A stretch of 64,000 nucleotides of DNA from Sandaracinaceae bacterium. Lineage in GTDB: Bacteria; Myxococcota_A; Polyangia; Polyangiales; Sandaracinaceae. A program made the translations under genes and the position numbers. The notes under the pieces were generated by a model, which saw only the letters and a list, made by a program, of their open reading frames with translations, was not told the DNA's origin and did no database searches. Shown here in pieces: positions 1 through 10,839 of the stretch. Numbering within the stretch: the stretch's first letter is position 1; each line of letters begins with the position of its first letter. The stretch is taken from assembly GCA_044220955.1 (NCBI GenBank), contig JBGAQA010000016.1, forward strand, positions 1 to 64,000, read 5' to 3'.

Positions 1-770
1 CGAGATCGTTGGTGGCACGGTGGCGGCTGCTTCGGCCCCACCCCCCCCCCCCCCCCCCCCCCGGCCGGCGGCGTCCGCCCCCCCCCCCGGCCCCCCCCCC
101 CCCCCCCCCCCCCACGGCCGAGCTCGAGTGGCAGCAGCGCATCGCGTGGGTCTCGTTCTCGCTGCGCGGGTTCGTCTCGTTCTACGAGGGCTTCATCGAC
201 ACGCGCGCCGTGACCGACGCCGAGTTCCAGGCCGCGCGCGCGGCGGGCGACATCGCGTCGACCGCCGAGGCGGCCAACATCATCCGCTGGGACAACCTCG
301 GCACGCTACGCACCATCGGCGGCTCGCTCTCGTTCACGCTCCGCCCCACCGAGGGCCTCCTGCTCGGCGGCAGCGTCGTGATCACCGACACGCGGCGTGA
401 CGAGCGGCTGATCGCGCTCGTCCCGCTCTGGATGGGCAACGCCCGCATCGCGTACTCGTTCACGCCCGGAGGGCCGACGCTGGCGCTCGCCAGTACGTTC
501 GCGGGGCGTCGCATCGCGTACGCGGACTTCGACACGCTCGCCGTCGTCGAGGCGGGCGAGCAGCTGGACCTGCGCGCGACCTTCACCTCGCCGCTCCCCG
601 ACGTCCCCGGCCTGCGCCTGCGCGTGGCGTTCGCGTACACCGTGAACCCTTTCCTTCCCTACCTCCTCGAGGCGCCCAACGCGGACAATCCCACCGCGCG
701 GACCACGCTCACGCCGACGACCTCGTCGTTCTTCGGCTTCCTGGGGCTGCAATATGACCTCGACCCCTGA
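1..770 (+). CDS. C-terminal part of a probable TonB-dependent receptor / outer-membrane beta-barrel (5' truncated, disrupted by poly-C runs)
   Basis: Amphipathic beta-strand pattern after TAELEW, ending ...FFGFLGLQYDLDP; TGA at 768-770; first ~115 nt are low complexity. Confidence 0.5.
   Translation, partial: RSLVARWRLLRPHPPPPPPPGRRRPPPPPAPPPPPPPTAELEWQQRIAWVSFSLRGFVSFYEGFIDTRAVTDAEFQAARAAGDIASTAEAANIIRWDNLGTLRTIGGSLSFTLRPTEGLLLGGSVVITDTRRDERLIALVPLWMGNARIAYSFTPGGPTLALASTFAGRRIAYADFDTLAVVEAGEQLDLRATFTSPLPDVPGLRLRVAFAYTVNPFLPYLLEAPNADNPTARTTLTPTTSSFFGFLGLQYDLDP
41..113. repeat. Poly-C homopolymer runs (22, 11 and 23 C)
   Basis: C runs at 41-62, 78-88 and 91-113. Confidence 0.9.
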
Positions 771-984
771 CATCTTCCGCGCCCTCGCGTTCGCTGCGCT
801 CGCGCTGGTCGGGTCCGCGCCGGGCTGCGGCCTCGATCGCCCTCCGGACCCGCCGCCCTTCGACTGCGCCACCATCGACCGTGCCGCCGAGCGCTTCCCC
901 GACGAGTGCGGCGAGCCCGTCGACGCCGGGCCCGACGAGGACACGGGCGCGGAGCAGGACGCGGGCGAGCCCGACGCCGGCTGA
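754..984 (+). CDS. Small putative lipoprotein
   Basis: Hydrophobic signal ending APGC, two further Cys, acidic DAG repeats; overlaps the upstream stop. Confidence 0.6.
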   Translation: MTSTPDIFRALAFAALALVGSAPGCGLDRPPDPPPFDCATIDRAAERFPDECGEPVDAGPDEDTGAEQDAGEPDAG

Positions 985-995
985 GCCCGCGAGCG

Positions 996-1880
996 TCAGC
1001 GCGCTCGGACGCCGACCTTCGCGTCGAGCGTCGTGAGCGCTCCGCCGCGAACGATGCGGAGCGACACCGTCCGGTCCGCCTGCGTGCGCAGGAGCGCGAG
1101 CAGCGCGTCGGGCCCGTCGATCACCGCCGCGTCGAGCCCGACCACGACGTCTCCGATCACGAGGCCCGCCTGGTCCGCGGGGCCGCCCTTCTCGACGGCC
1201 GTGACCAGCGCGCCGGTGAGCGCCGGCACCTCGCTCGCGAGGCGATCGGGCAGGCGGCCCGGCTGCACCGCGACGCCGAGCCAGCCGAGCTTCGGGCGAC
1301 CGTCCTTGGCGATCTGCTCGACGATCGGCGCGAGCTCGCTCGCGCTCATCGCCAGGTCGGCGCCGCGGATCACGCGGTCGGTGCCCAGCCCGACGAGCGC
1401 GCCGCTCGCGTCCACGACGGGGCCGCCGACGAAGCCGTCCGGGAAGCCGCGGTCCATCTCCACGTACTCGCGCAGCACGAGGCCGCGCCGCGCGCGCACG
1501 TCCTTGCCGACGAGGCCGACGATGCGCTGGCTCGCGCGGATGGCGCGGCCCGGCCGTCCCAGCGCGAGCACCACCTCGCCGACCCGCGCTCCCTTGCCGC
1601 CTTCGCGGCGCGCGATGGGTGCGAGGCCGCCGCCCTTCACGCGCACCACCGCGAGGTCGCTCGCGGCATCGACCCCGAGCAGGGTCCCTTCGCTCGTGCC
1701 GCCCCCGGCGAGGCGCACCTCGATCGCGCCCTCGGCGCAGCGCAGCTGCGAGGCGCTCGTGATCGCGAGGTCGTCGGTCCACGCGATGCCCGTGGCCGGA
1801 CCGACGCCGAGCACGCTGGGGCCGGCGCGCTCCACGAGCGAGGCGAGGCCGTCCGAGAGATCCGAGAGAGAGAGCGTCAT
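996..1880 (-). CDS. HtrA/S1C-like trypsin-fold + PDZ protein, catalytic residues apparently lost
   Basis: DAASDLAVV, GFVGGPVVDASGALVG, C-terminal PDZ (LGWLGVAVQ...GPADQAGLVIGDVV); AAAGGA SD-like sequence upstream. Confidence 0.8.
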   Translation of the reverse strand: MTLSLSDLSDGLASLVERAGPSVLGVGPATGIAWTDDLAITSASQLRCAEGAIEVRLAGGGTSEGTLLGVDAASDLAVVRVKGGGLAPIARREGGKGARVGEVVLALGRPGRAIRASQRIVGLVGKDVRARRGLVLREYVEMDRGFPDGFVGGPVVDASGALVGLGTDRVIRGADLAMSASELAPIVEQIAKDGRPKLGWLGVAVQPGRLPDRLASEVPALTGALVTAVEKGGPADQAGLVIGDVVVGLDAAVIDGPDALLALLRTQADRTVSLRIVRGGALTTLDAKVGVRAR

Positions 1881-2050
1881 GCTTGGGGGGTCCTTTCCGA
1901 GAGAGAGACCGCCCCAGCGTGTCGCTTCTCACCAAGGAATGAATCCGCCGCCCTGGCAGCCCCGTCCCGGAGCAATGGGCGGGCGCCGGGCGACGTGAAG
2001 TTACGTTGCGGCCCCTTGTAACGAACGACCGGGGACCCACCCTATTGGTC

Positions 2051-2668
2051 GTGTCCATCAACAACAACATCCGTCGTCCCAACCCCGGGCAGCCCCTGTC
2101 CGTCATGCTCCGTTCGGGCGATCCCCTCGTGCGGGATGGCCTGGAAAAGGGGCTCCTCGCATCGGGGGCGAAGCTCTCGCTCGCCGTGCGCGAGGACGAC
2201 GCCCACGTCGTCCTCTACGACCCAGGTCCCACGCCGGACGCGCGGCGCCTCGGTGCCGAGCTCACGGAGCTCGCGCACAGGAACCTACCTGCGGTGGTCC
2301 TCGTGACCGACGAGGCGGCCGGACGCTCGGCCGTGGCCAGCGGCGCCCGCGGCGTCGTGCGGCGCGGCGCTGACGGGGCCCGGATCGCGGCTGCGCTCGG
2401 CGCGGCGGCGGCCGGGCTGACGGTGGTCGACTTCGCCCTCGTGCCCGAGCCCTCGCCCGGCGAGGCGGCCCCCTCGCTGACTCCGCGCGAGCGCGAGGTG
2501 CTCGAGCTCATCGCGGCGGGCTGCTCGAACAGGCGGATCGCCAAGAAGCTCGGAATCAGCGAGCACACCGCGAAGTTCCACGTGAACGGCATCCTGCTCA
2601 AGCTCAGCGCGAACACCCGCACCGAGGCCGTCGTCCTGGCGGCCCGTCGCGGACTGCTCATGATCTGA
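2051..2668 (+). CDS. NarL/LuxR-family response regulator (atypical receiver + LuxR HTH); start uncertain (GTG 2051 or ATG 2105)
   Basis: LTPREREVLELIAAGCSNRRIAKKLGISEHTAKFHVNGILLKL LuxR HTH. Confidence 0.85.
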   Translation: MSINNNIRRPNPGQPLSVMLRSGDPLVRDGLEKGLLASGAKLSLAVREDDAHVVLYDPGPTPDARRLGAELTELAHRNLPAVVLVTDEAAGRSAVASGARGVVRRGADGARIAAALGAAAAGLTVVDFALVPEPSPGEAAPSLTPREREVLELIAAGCSNRRIAKKLGISEHTAKFHVNGILLKLSANTRTEAVVLAARRGLLMI

Positions 2669-2682
2669 GAGAACGAAACCCG

Positions 2683-2711
2683 GACGATCGGGTCCCCCTT
2701 CCCCGATCGTC
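2683..2711. terminator. 10-bp stem hairpin after the LuxR gene
   Basis: GACGATCGGG-N9-CCCGATCGTC; no U-tract. Confidence 0.4.
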
Positions 2712-2790
2712 ACCCCGGCGCCGCGTGCAACCCCCTCCGCACGCGGCGCTTTCCTTTTCGCGAGCCCTTGGCGTTCTCGCGAGCCCTGGC

Positions 2791-2799
2791 TGCTATGAT
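2791..2799 (+). promoter_or_regulatory. Extended -10 element of the TA operon (probably leaderless)
   Basis: TGC-TATGAT lies 6 nt before GTG 2806; no SD. Confidence 0.55.
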
Positions 2800-2805
2800 T
2801 CGGGC

Positions 2806-3306
2806 GTGACGGGGCAGATCGATGCGATCGGCGAGGCGTGCCGGGTGTGCGCGCTGCGGCATCCGGAGATCGCGGTCGTCTACCTCTTCGGATCCGTCGC
2901 GCGCGCAGAGGCGCGCCCGTGGAGCGACGTCGACCTCGGCGTGGTCTACCGCTCCGGGACGGGATCGCGCGCGATCCACGACGCGGTGGCCGTCGAGCTC
3001 GCGCGCTCGGTCGCAGACGCCACCGGCATCGAGCGCGTCGACGTCGTCGATCTCGAGGCCCAGGGACACTACTTCCAGCACCGCGTCCTGTGCGAGGCCG
3101 TTCGTCTCGTCAGGGTCGACGAGCCGCGTCGCATCGACTTCGAGTCCGACGCGATCGTGCGAGGCCTCGACTTCGCGCCGACGTTCGCGCTGGCGACCGA
3201 GGGCAAGGCGAGCGCGCTGCGTCGATGGCTGAAGGAGCGACATGACGTTCGAGCGAGTGCAGTCGAAGCTGGACCTGCTGCGAGCCAACCTCGAGCAGCT
3301 CGATAG
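2806..3306 (+). CDS. mntA: Minimal nucleotidyltransferase (MntA-type antitoxin)
   Basis: YLFGSVARAEARPWSDVDLGV (GSx10DxD) and VDVVDL; directly upstream of a HEPN gene. Confidence 0.85.
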   Translation: MTGQIDAIGEACRVCALRHPEIAVVYLFGSVARAEARPWSDVDLGVVYRSGTGSRAIHDAVAVELARSVADATGIERVDVVDLEAQGHYFQHRVLCEAVRLVRVDEPRRIDFESDAIVRGLDFAPTFALATEGKASALRRWLKERHDVRASAVEAGPAASQPRAAR

Positions 3307-3658
3307 GATCCCGCAGGCGAGCTTGGACGAGTGGCGGAGCGACTTCCGCAACGTGCAGGCGACGCTGCACCTGCTGCAGACGTCCATCCAGGCGCTCCTC
3401 GATGTCGGCGCGTACCTCGTCGCGCAGCGCGCGCTCCCCACGCCCTCGACGAGCCTGGCCGTGCTCGAAGCGCTCGAGGCCGCGGGGAGCCTCCCGGCGG
3501 GGACCGGCGCGAAGTACGCCCCGGTGATCGGCTTTCGAAACCGCGTCGTTCACCTCTACGAGCGTATCGACGAGCGTCGCGTCTACGAGGTTCTGACCCA
3601 GCATCGCCAGGACCTCGCGGCCCTGCTCGACCTGCTGCTCGCGGCGGGCGGCGCCTGA
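3242..3658 (+). CDS. hepT: HEPN/DUF86 RNase toxin (HepT-type)
   Basis: GFRNRVVHLY = Rx4HxY motif; 138 aa; AAGGAG SD. Confidence 0.85.
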   Translation: MTFERVQSKLDLLRANLEQLDRIPQASLDEWRSDFRNVQATLHLLQTSIQALLDVGAYLVAQRALPTPSTSLAVLEALEAAGSLPAGTGAKYAPVIGFRNRVVHLYERIDERRVYEVLTQHRQDLAALLDLLLAAGGA

Positions 3659-3671
3659 GGGTCGCCGTTCG

Positions 3672-5111
3672 CTACATCACGCCGGTGATGAGGGCGCGGA
3701 TGGCGTCGGTGGAGAGCGCGGCCGAGTAGCCATCCTGGAACCGAGCGTCGTCGTAGCAGTTGCGGCCCTCGACGCGCGTTCCGTCGCCGTCGATGCACGC
3801 CGTGACCACGGGCTGGCAGCTCGAGCCGCGCGTGACCTCGAACGTCTCGAGGCCGTCGCCGTCGAGATCCACGTCGGGGCTCGTCGGCCGGATGCTGATG
3901 ATGGCGATGCGGGCGCCGCCGATGAGCCAGTCGACGAGCGACGACTCGGTCATCGAGCCGTCGCAGGGCGGCGGGATGTCGATCATGAAGCCGCCGCCGC
4001 CGCCGAAGCTCTCGATCAGCGACTCGTTGACGAACGAGAGGATCTGCGACTGCACGACGCCGCAGATGAACGCGCCGCTCAGCGACCAGAGCTCGCCGCC
4101 CATCGCCATCGTCGTGCCTCGCAGGTAGGCCTCGTTGAGCGTCAGCGGGAAGAAGCCGAGGTTGAGGTCCAGCGTCTCCGGGCCGCCGCGGAGCGCGTTG
4201 CTCGTGATGCTCGTCTGGAGGGAGGTCAGCGGCGATCCGTCCATCGCGAGCGCGGCGGCGTCGACCGTGAACCGGCCCATGCCGCCGAAGTTGTTGCTCG
4301 GGTCCATGTCCGCGTCGGCGCCGGTGAGCCACGCCGTGCGCAGATCCGGGTCGTTCGCGCCGGCCGCGTCGTCGAGCCCCATGTACGAGAGCAGGATGGT
4401 CGGCCCGCCGCCGCCGCCGCCGCCCATGAAGAGCATGTTCAAGAGGCCGAGCCCCGATCCGAGCGCGTCGGCGAACGCGTTGTCGGGCATCCCGTCGCCC
4501 GAGTAGTCGCAGCCCATCGACGAGCCGGCGAACTCGGTGTTGTTCAGCACCATCGAGCGCTCGGTGCGGCAGTCGGCGCCGCAGCCGTCCCAGCGGTGCG
4601 CCGGCATGTTGAGGTCGTTGTCGCACTGCTCGCCGGTGTCGACGGTCATGTTGCCGCACGTGGTCAGCGCGTGACAGTCGGCCGAACAGCCGGCGCCGTC
4701 GCAGACCTCGCCGCGCGCGTAGTCGACGATGCCGTTGCCGCACATCTCGTTCGACAGACAGTCCGAGCGGCAGCCGTCACCGCTGAGGTGGTTGCCGTCG
4801 TCGCAGACCTCGCCCGGATCCGGGTGCAGATCGCCGCAGCGCGCTTCCCACGTGCACGTGCCCGAGCAGCCGTCCCCGGCCACCGTGTTGTGGTCGTCGC
4901 ACGACTCACCCGCCTCGAGGATGCCGTTTCCGCACGCCGGCGGCGGCGGGCCCATGTCCGGGCCGACGTCGGGGCGCATGCCCGCGTCCGGCAGGTTCGT
5001 GTCCGGGAGCAGGATGCCCCCGTCCTCGCCGACCGTGTGGGAGTCGCTGCAGCCGGCGACGGCCCCGAGCGTGAGAGCGAGGAGGATGGCGGAGAAGAAG
5101 CGAAGCGTCAT
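3672..5111 (-). CDS. Lipoprotein with myxobacterial Cys-rich repeats (DUF4215-like)
   Basis: Lipobox VAGC; about four CGxGxxxxGExCDxxN repeats; GAGGAG SD. Confidence 0.8.
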   Translation of the reverse strand: MTLRFFSAILLALTLGAVAGCSDSHTVGEDGGILLPDTNLPDAGMRPDVGPDMGPPPPACGNGILEAGESCDDHNTVAGDGCSGTCTWEARCGDLHPDPGEVCDDGNHLSGDGCRSDCLSNEMCGNGIVDYARGEVCDGAGCSADCHALTTCGNMTVDTGEQCDNDLNMPAHRWDGCGADCRTERSMVLNNTEFAGSSMGCDYSGDGMPDNAFADALGSGLGLLNMLFMGGGGGGGPTILLSYMGLDDAAGANDPDLRTAWLTGADADMDPSNNFGGMGRFTVDAAALAMDGSPLTSLQTSITSNALRGGPETLDLNLGFFPLTLNEAYLRGTTMAMGGELWSLSGAFICGVVQSQILSFVNESLIESFGGGGGFMIDIPPPCDGSMTESSLVDWLIGGARIAIISIRPTSPDVDLDGDGLETFEVTRGSSCQPVVTACIDGDGTRVEGRNCYDDARFQDGYSAALSTDAIRALITGVM

Positions 5112-5193
5112 GACGGGCTCCTCGAGAGCGGGAGCGCGAAATGTACCAGCCCGGAACCGCCCTCGGAAGACGGGACTTCGAGGGGCCGTGAGG

Positions 5194-6410
5194 CTACGCG
5201 CGCGCGTCCTGCGCGATCAGGCGCTGGTACAGGCGCGCGCTCTCGCGCGGTCGGCGCTCCCCGCTCGCGCGATCGACCTCGACCAGACCGAAGGGCGTCG
5301 TGTAGCCCTCGGCCCACTCGAAGTTGTCGAGGAGTGACCAGTGGAAGTAGCCGCGCACGTCCGCGCCCTGCGCGATCGCCTCGCGGACGGCCCGCACGTG
5401 ATCGACGAGGTAGCGCTGGCGCAGCTCGTCGGCCCGGTCGAACACGCCGTTCTCGGTCACGAAGACGGGCTTGCCGAGCGCGGAGAAGCGGACGAGCAGG
5501 CGCGTGAGGCCCTCGGCGTGCGGCTCGCCCCAGTCCACCTCACCGTGGCGGATGCTGTTCTCCTGGACGTGGCGTCCGAAGAGGAGCGGGGCAGCGCCGG
5601 CATCGAAGCGCACTCGGTAGCGGCCGTAGTAGTTGAGGCCGAGCCAGTCGAGCTCCTGGTGGGCCTCGAGCGCGCGCAGCACGGCGCCGGTGAACGCGTG
5701 GTCTTGTGCGAAGGCCACGGCGCGATCGCGACGGCGCTCGGGTCGGTCGGGATCGAACGCGGGCGCGTTCAGCACGATTCCCACCGAGGCGCTCGGCACC
5801 GCACGTCGGATGGCGCGGAACGCCGCGCGGTGCGCGCGGAGCATGCGCGCGAGCACCCGGAACTGCGCGAGGGGCGAGCCCGCGCCGGGCGGCCACTTCT
5901 TGCCGCCGAAGGCCATCATCGCGTAGACGCTCGGCTCGTTGATCGTCGCCCAGTGCGTCACGTGCGGATCGAGTCGGCGCACCGCGCGCGCCGAGTACGC
6001 GGCGAAGCGCTCGACGCTCTCCTCGCGCGCGAACCCGCCGCGGGCCGCCAGCCAGCGCGGCAGCGTGAAGTGGTGGAGCGTCACGCTCGTGGCCAGGCCC
6101 AGCCCGCGGGCGTGGCGCAGGATCGCCTCGTAGCGATCGAGCGCGCGCTCGTCGAAGCGCCCCGGCGCAGGCTCGATCCGGGCCCACGAGATCCCCATCC
6201 GATGCGCCGTGTGACCGAGCGAGCGGGCGAGGGACAGGTCGCGCTCGGCCTGACCTCGCCACCAGCCGCAAGCGTCGTCGGCGCTCGAGCCGTCGGCGAT
6301 CTTGCCCGGCGTTCGCGTCCAGTCGCTCCAGTCGCTCGGCTCGATCGCGTCCGGCGCGCCGCCCTCGACCTGGTGGTGGGACGTGGCGGCGCCCCAGAGG
6401 AACGGGGCGC

Positions 6411-6414
<4 letters not shown>
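5194..6414 (-). CDS. Glycoside hydrolase family 1 (beta-glucosidase-like)
   Basis: FLWGAATSHHQVEG, TINEP (acid/base), VTENG (nucleophile), WSLLDNFEW; GTG overlaps the kinase stop. Confidence 0.9.
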
Positions 6415-8747
<2,333 letters not shown>

Positions 8748-8766
8748 CCTGTCACGAGTGCCAGGC

Positions 8767-9630
8767 TCAGGTGGCGTAGATGAGCGCGACGACGGCGATC
8801 GCGCCGAGGATGAAGGTGGCGACGAAGAGCTTGTCGCGCAGCATCGCCTCGGTCGGGCTCTCCGTGTCGGCGCTCTGGATCAGCTGGACGAAGCGGCCGA
8901 CGCCGACGAGCATGAACACGCTGGTGGCGACGAGGTAGTCCGTGCCGAACATCTCTCGGGTGCGCGCGTCGAGCGTGTAGACGGTGTACGTGACGACGGT
9001 CGCCAGGCCCGTGATGCCCAGCAGCGCACGCAGCGCGCCGGGGGAGTAGCTGCGCAGCGCGGCGCGCGTCGTGCCGCCGCCGAGGTGGGCGAGCTCGTGC
9101 GCGCGCTTGCCGAGGCCGAGGAAGCTCGAGAGCAGGAAGGTCTCGACCAGAAGATACGCGCTGGCCGGGACGTCGGCCGCGAACGCGCCGGCGAGCACGC
9201 GCAGCTCGTAGCAGCCCGCGAGGGCGATCACGTCGAGGTAGGCGACCTTCTTGAGCGCGAAGGAGTACGCGAGGTTCAGGATCAAGTACGCCATCGCCGC
9301 GAACAGGAACTCGTGGCCGAGCAGCGCGCCGCTGCCGATGGCGATCGAGAGCAGCACCACGAAGGCCGTGCGCCCGGCCTCGATGGAGAGCCTGCCGCTG
9401 GCGATCGGTCGATTCTTCTTCTTCGGGTGCTCGCGGTCGGACTCGACGTCGACCAGGTCGTTGAGGACGTAGACCGAGCTCGACAGGACGCAGAACACCG
9501 CGAACGCCGCGAAGCCCCGCAGCGCGAAGGCGGGGTTCAGCATCTCTCGCGCGAACACGAGCGGGGCGAGCACGAAGAGGTTCTTCACCCACTGGTGAGG
9601 CCTCATGGTGCGGAGCAGCGCGGGGAGCAT
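8767..9630 (-). CDS. UbiA-family prenyltransferase (decaprenyl-phosphate phosphoribosyltransferase-like)
   Basis: MRPHQWVKN, YVLNDLVDVESDREHPKKKNRPIASG, multiple TM helices, C-terminal SPTE. Confidence 0.85.
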   Translation of the reverse strand: MLPALLRTMRPHQWVKNLFVLAPLVFAREMLNPAFALRGFAAFAVFCVLSSSVYVLNDLVDVESDREHPKKKNRPIASGRLSIEAGRTAFVVLLSIAIGSGALLGHEFLFAAMAYLILNLAYSFALKKVAYLDVIALAGCYELRVLAGAFAADVPASAYLLVETFLLSSFLGLGKRAHELAHLGGGTTRAALRSYSPGALRALLGITGLATVVTYTVYTLDARTREMFGTDYLVATSVFMLVGVGRFVQLIQSADTESPTEAMLRDKLFVATFILGAIAVVALIYAT

Positions 9631-9792
9631 CGGCGAGCAGGCGTATAGCGCGAACCGCCGAGGCCCGTCAGCCCGGCCGCCCCGAGAGCACGGTGAACAC
9701 GGGTCACGCTCGTCTGGTGAGCGCACATCCGCGCAAGGCCATCGGCTCCGCCCGCACGACGGCGACCTTCTCGCGGCCGTCGCGCGTCTACG

Positions 9793-10098
9793 CTACGCGC
9801 GGAAGCGAGACGGGTACTCGTTCGCGGCGGCGCGCCCCTTCAGCGCGTCGTCCTGCGGGTGCAGGGCGAGGGCGCGCTGGATGAGGTTGGCCTCGACCTC
9901 GGTGCGCTCCGGGTCGGGCAGGCAGCACTCGACGGGGCAGACCGCCTGGCACGCCTCCTTCTCGAAGAAGCCGACGCACTCCGTGCAGAGGTTCGGATCG
10001 ATCACGTAGATGTCCGTACCCTCCTTGATCGCCTGGTTCGGACACTCCGGCTCGCACGCGCCACAGTTGATGCACTCGCTCGTGATGTGAGTCGCCAT
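9793..10098 (-). CDS. 2[4Fe-4S] ferredoxin (YfhL family)
   Basis: CINCGACEPECP and CTECVGFFEKEACQAVCP; GAGGAA SD. Confidence 0.92.
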   Translation of the reverse strand: MATHITSECINCGACEPECPNQAIKEGTDIYVIDPNLCTECVGFFEKEACQAVCPVECCLPDPERTEVEANLIQRALALHPQDDALKGRAAANEYPSRFRA

Positions 10099-10157
10099 GT
10101 TCCTCGCCATCTGCACGCCGCAAGCCCGGACACAAGGGGAGCTTGCGCACGCCTCGA

Positions 10158-10172
10158 TGGCTTTCTTCTTGC
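10158..10172 (+). promoter_or_regulatory. Sigma54 (-24/-12) promoter candidate for the hemerythrin gene
   Basis: TGGCTTTCTTCTTGC = TGGC-N7-TTGC with GG-N10-GC spacing, 23 nt before the ATG. Confidence 0.55.
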
Positions 10173-10195
10173 GTCCGGTGCGGGCCCGGAGGGGC

Positions 10196-10645
10196 ATGAC
10201 CGAGAACCTGCGCACCATCCGAGCCGAGCTCTTGCAGCAGCACGCGGACGTCCGCGCCACCATGAAGGTCGTGGAGCAGGCCGCGCTCGCCTGCCGCCAG
10301 GGCCAGTCCGACGCGAGTCATCTCGCCATCGCGGTCGCTCAGCTCGCCGCCGCGCTCCGTGCGCACAACGCGCGGGAGGAGCACCTGCTGCGCGACCTGC
10401 TGCCCACGATCGACGCCTGGGGCCCGGGCCGCGCGGAGACGATGAGCGACGCGCACACCCGCGAGCACGAGGAGGTCGTGCAGGGGTTGCTCGCCACGAT
10501 GGCAGCGCCGGACGCGCGCGCGGCAGCCAGCGCCGCGCTCGAGCACCTGGCGCGGATCGAGACGCACATGGCGCGCGAAGAGAAGGACTTCCTCGGGGCC
10601 GAGGTGCTCAGTGACGAGTACGAGCTCGATCCGTTCGGTGGTTGA
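10196..10645 (+). CDS. Hemerythrin (HHE) domain protein
   Basis: QQH, HNAREE, REH, HMAREE di-iron ligand pattern; GGAGG SD. Confidence 0.8.
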   Translation: MTENLRTIRAELLQQHADVRATMKVVEQAALACRQGQSDASHLAIAVAQLAAALRAHNAREEHLLRDLLPTIDAWGPGRAETMSDAHTREHEEVVQGLLATMAAPDARAAASAALEHLARIETHMAREEKDFLGAEVLSDEYELDPFGG

Positions 10646-10729
10646 GGCAGGGGCGAGGGGCCGCGAGACGCGCAGGTTTTGCGCGCGGCCACGCATTTTC
10701 CGCGCGTCCCTTCCGGGGGAAGCGCAGGC

Positions 10730-10743
10730 ATGACCTCGATCAG
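10730..10743. promoter_or_regulatory. FNR/CRP-like box upstream of korA
   Basis: ATGAC-CTCG-ATCAG vs TTGAT-N4-ATCAA (7 of 10 positions). Confidence 0.35.
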
Positions 10744-10839
10744 GTGCGTACTTGCGTGGCCGAACTTGGCGCATAGGTGGGCCGCGGCCATCGCGCTGCG
10801 GCCAGGAGCGATCCGCACGCTACGCGGAAACGGAGAGTC

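Noticed and set aside
41..113. Poly-C tracts as a G-quadruplex, phase-variation tract or poly-Pro linker
   Set aside because: They interrupt a beta-barrel-like ORF at the window edge and look like low-quality or poly-G sequencing artefact; cannot be trusted without reads
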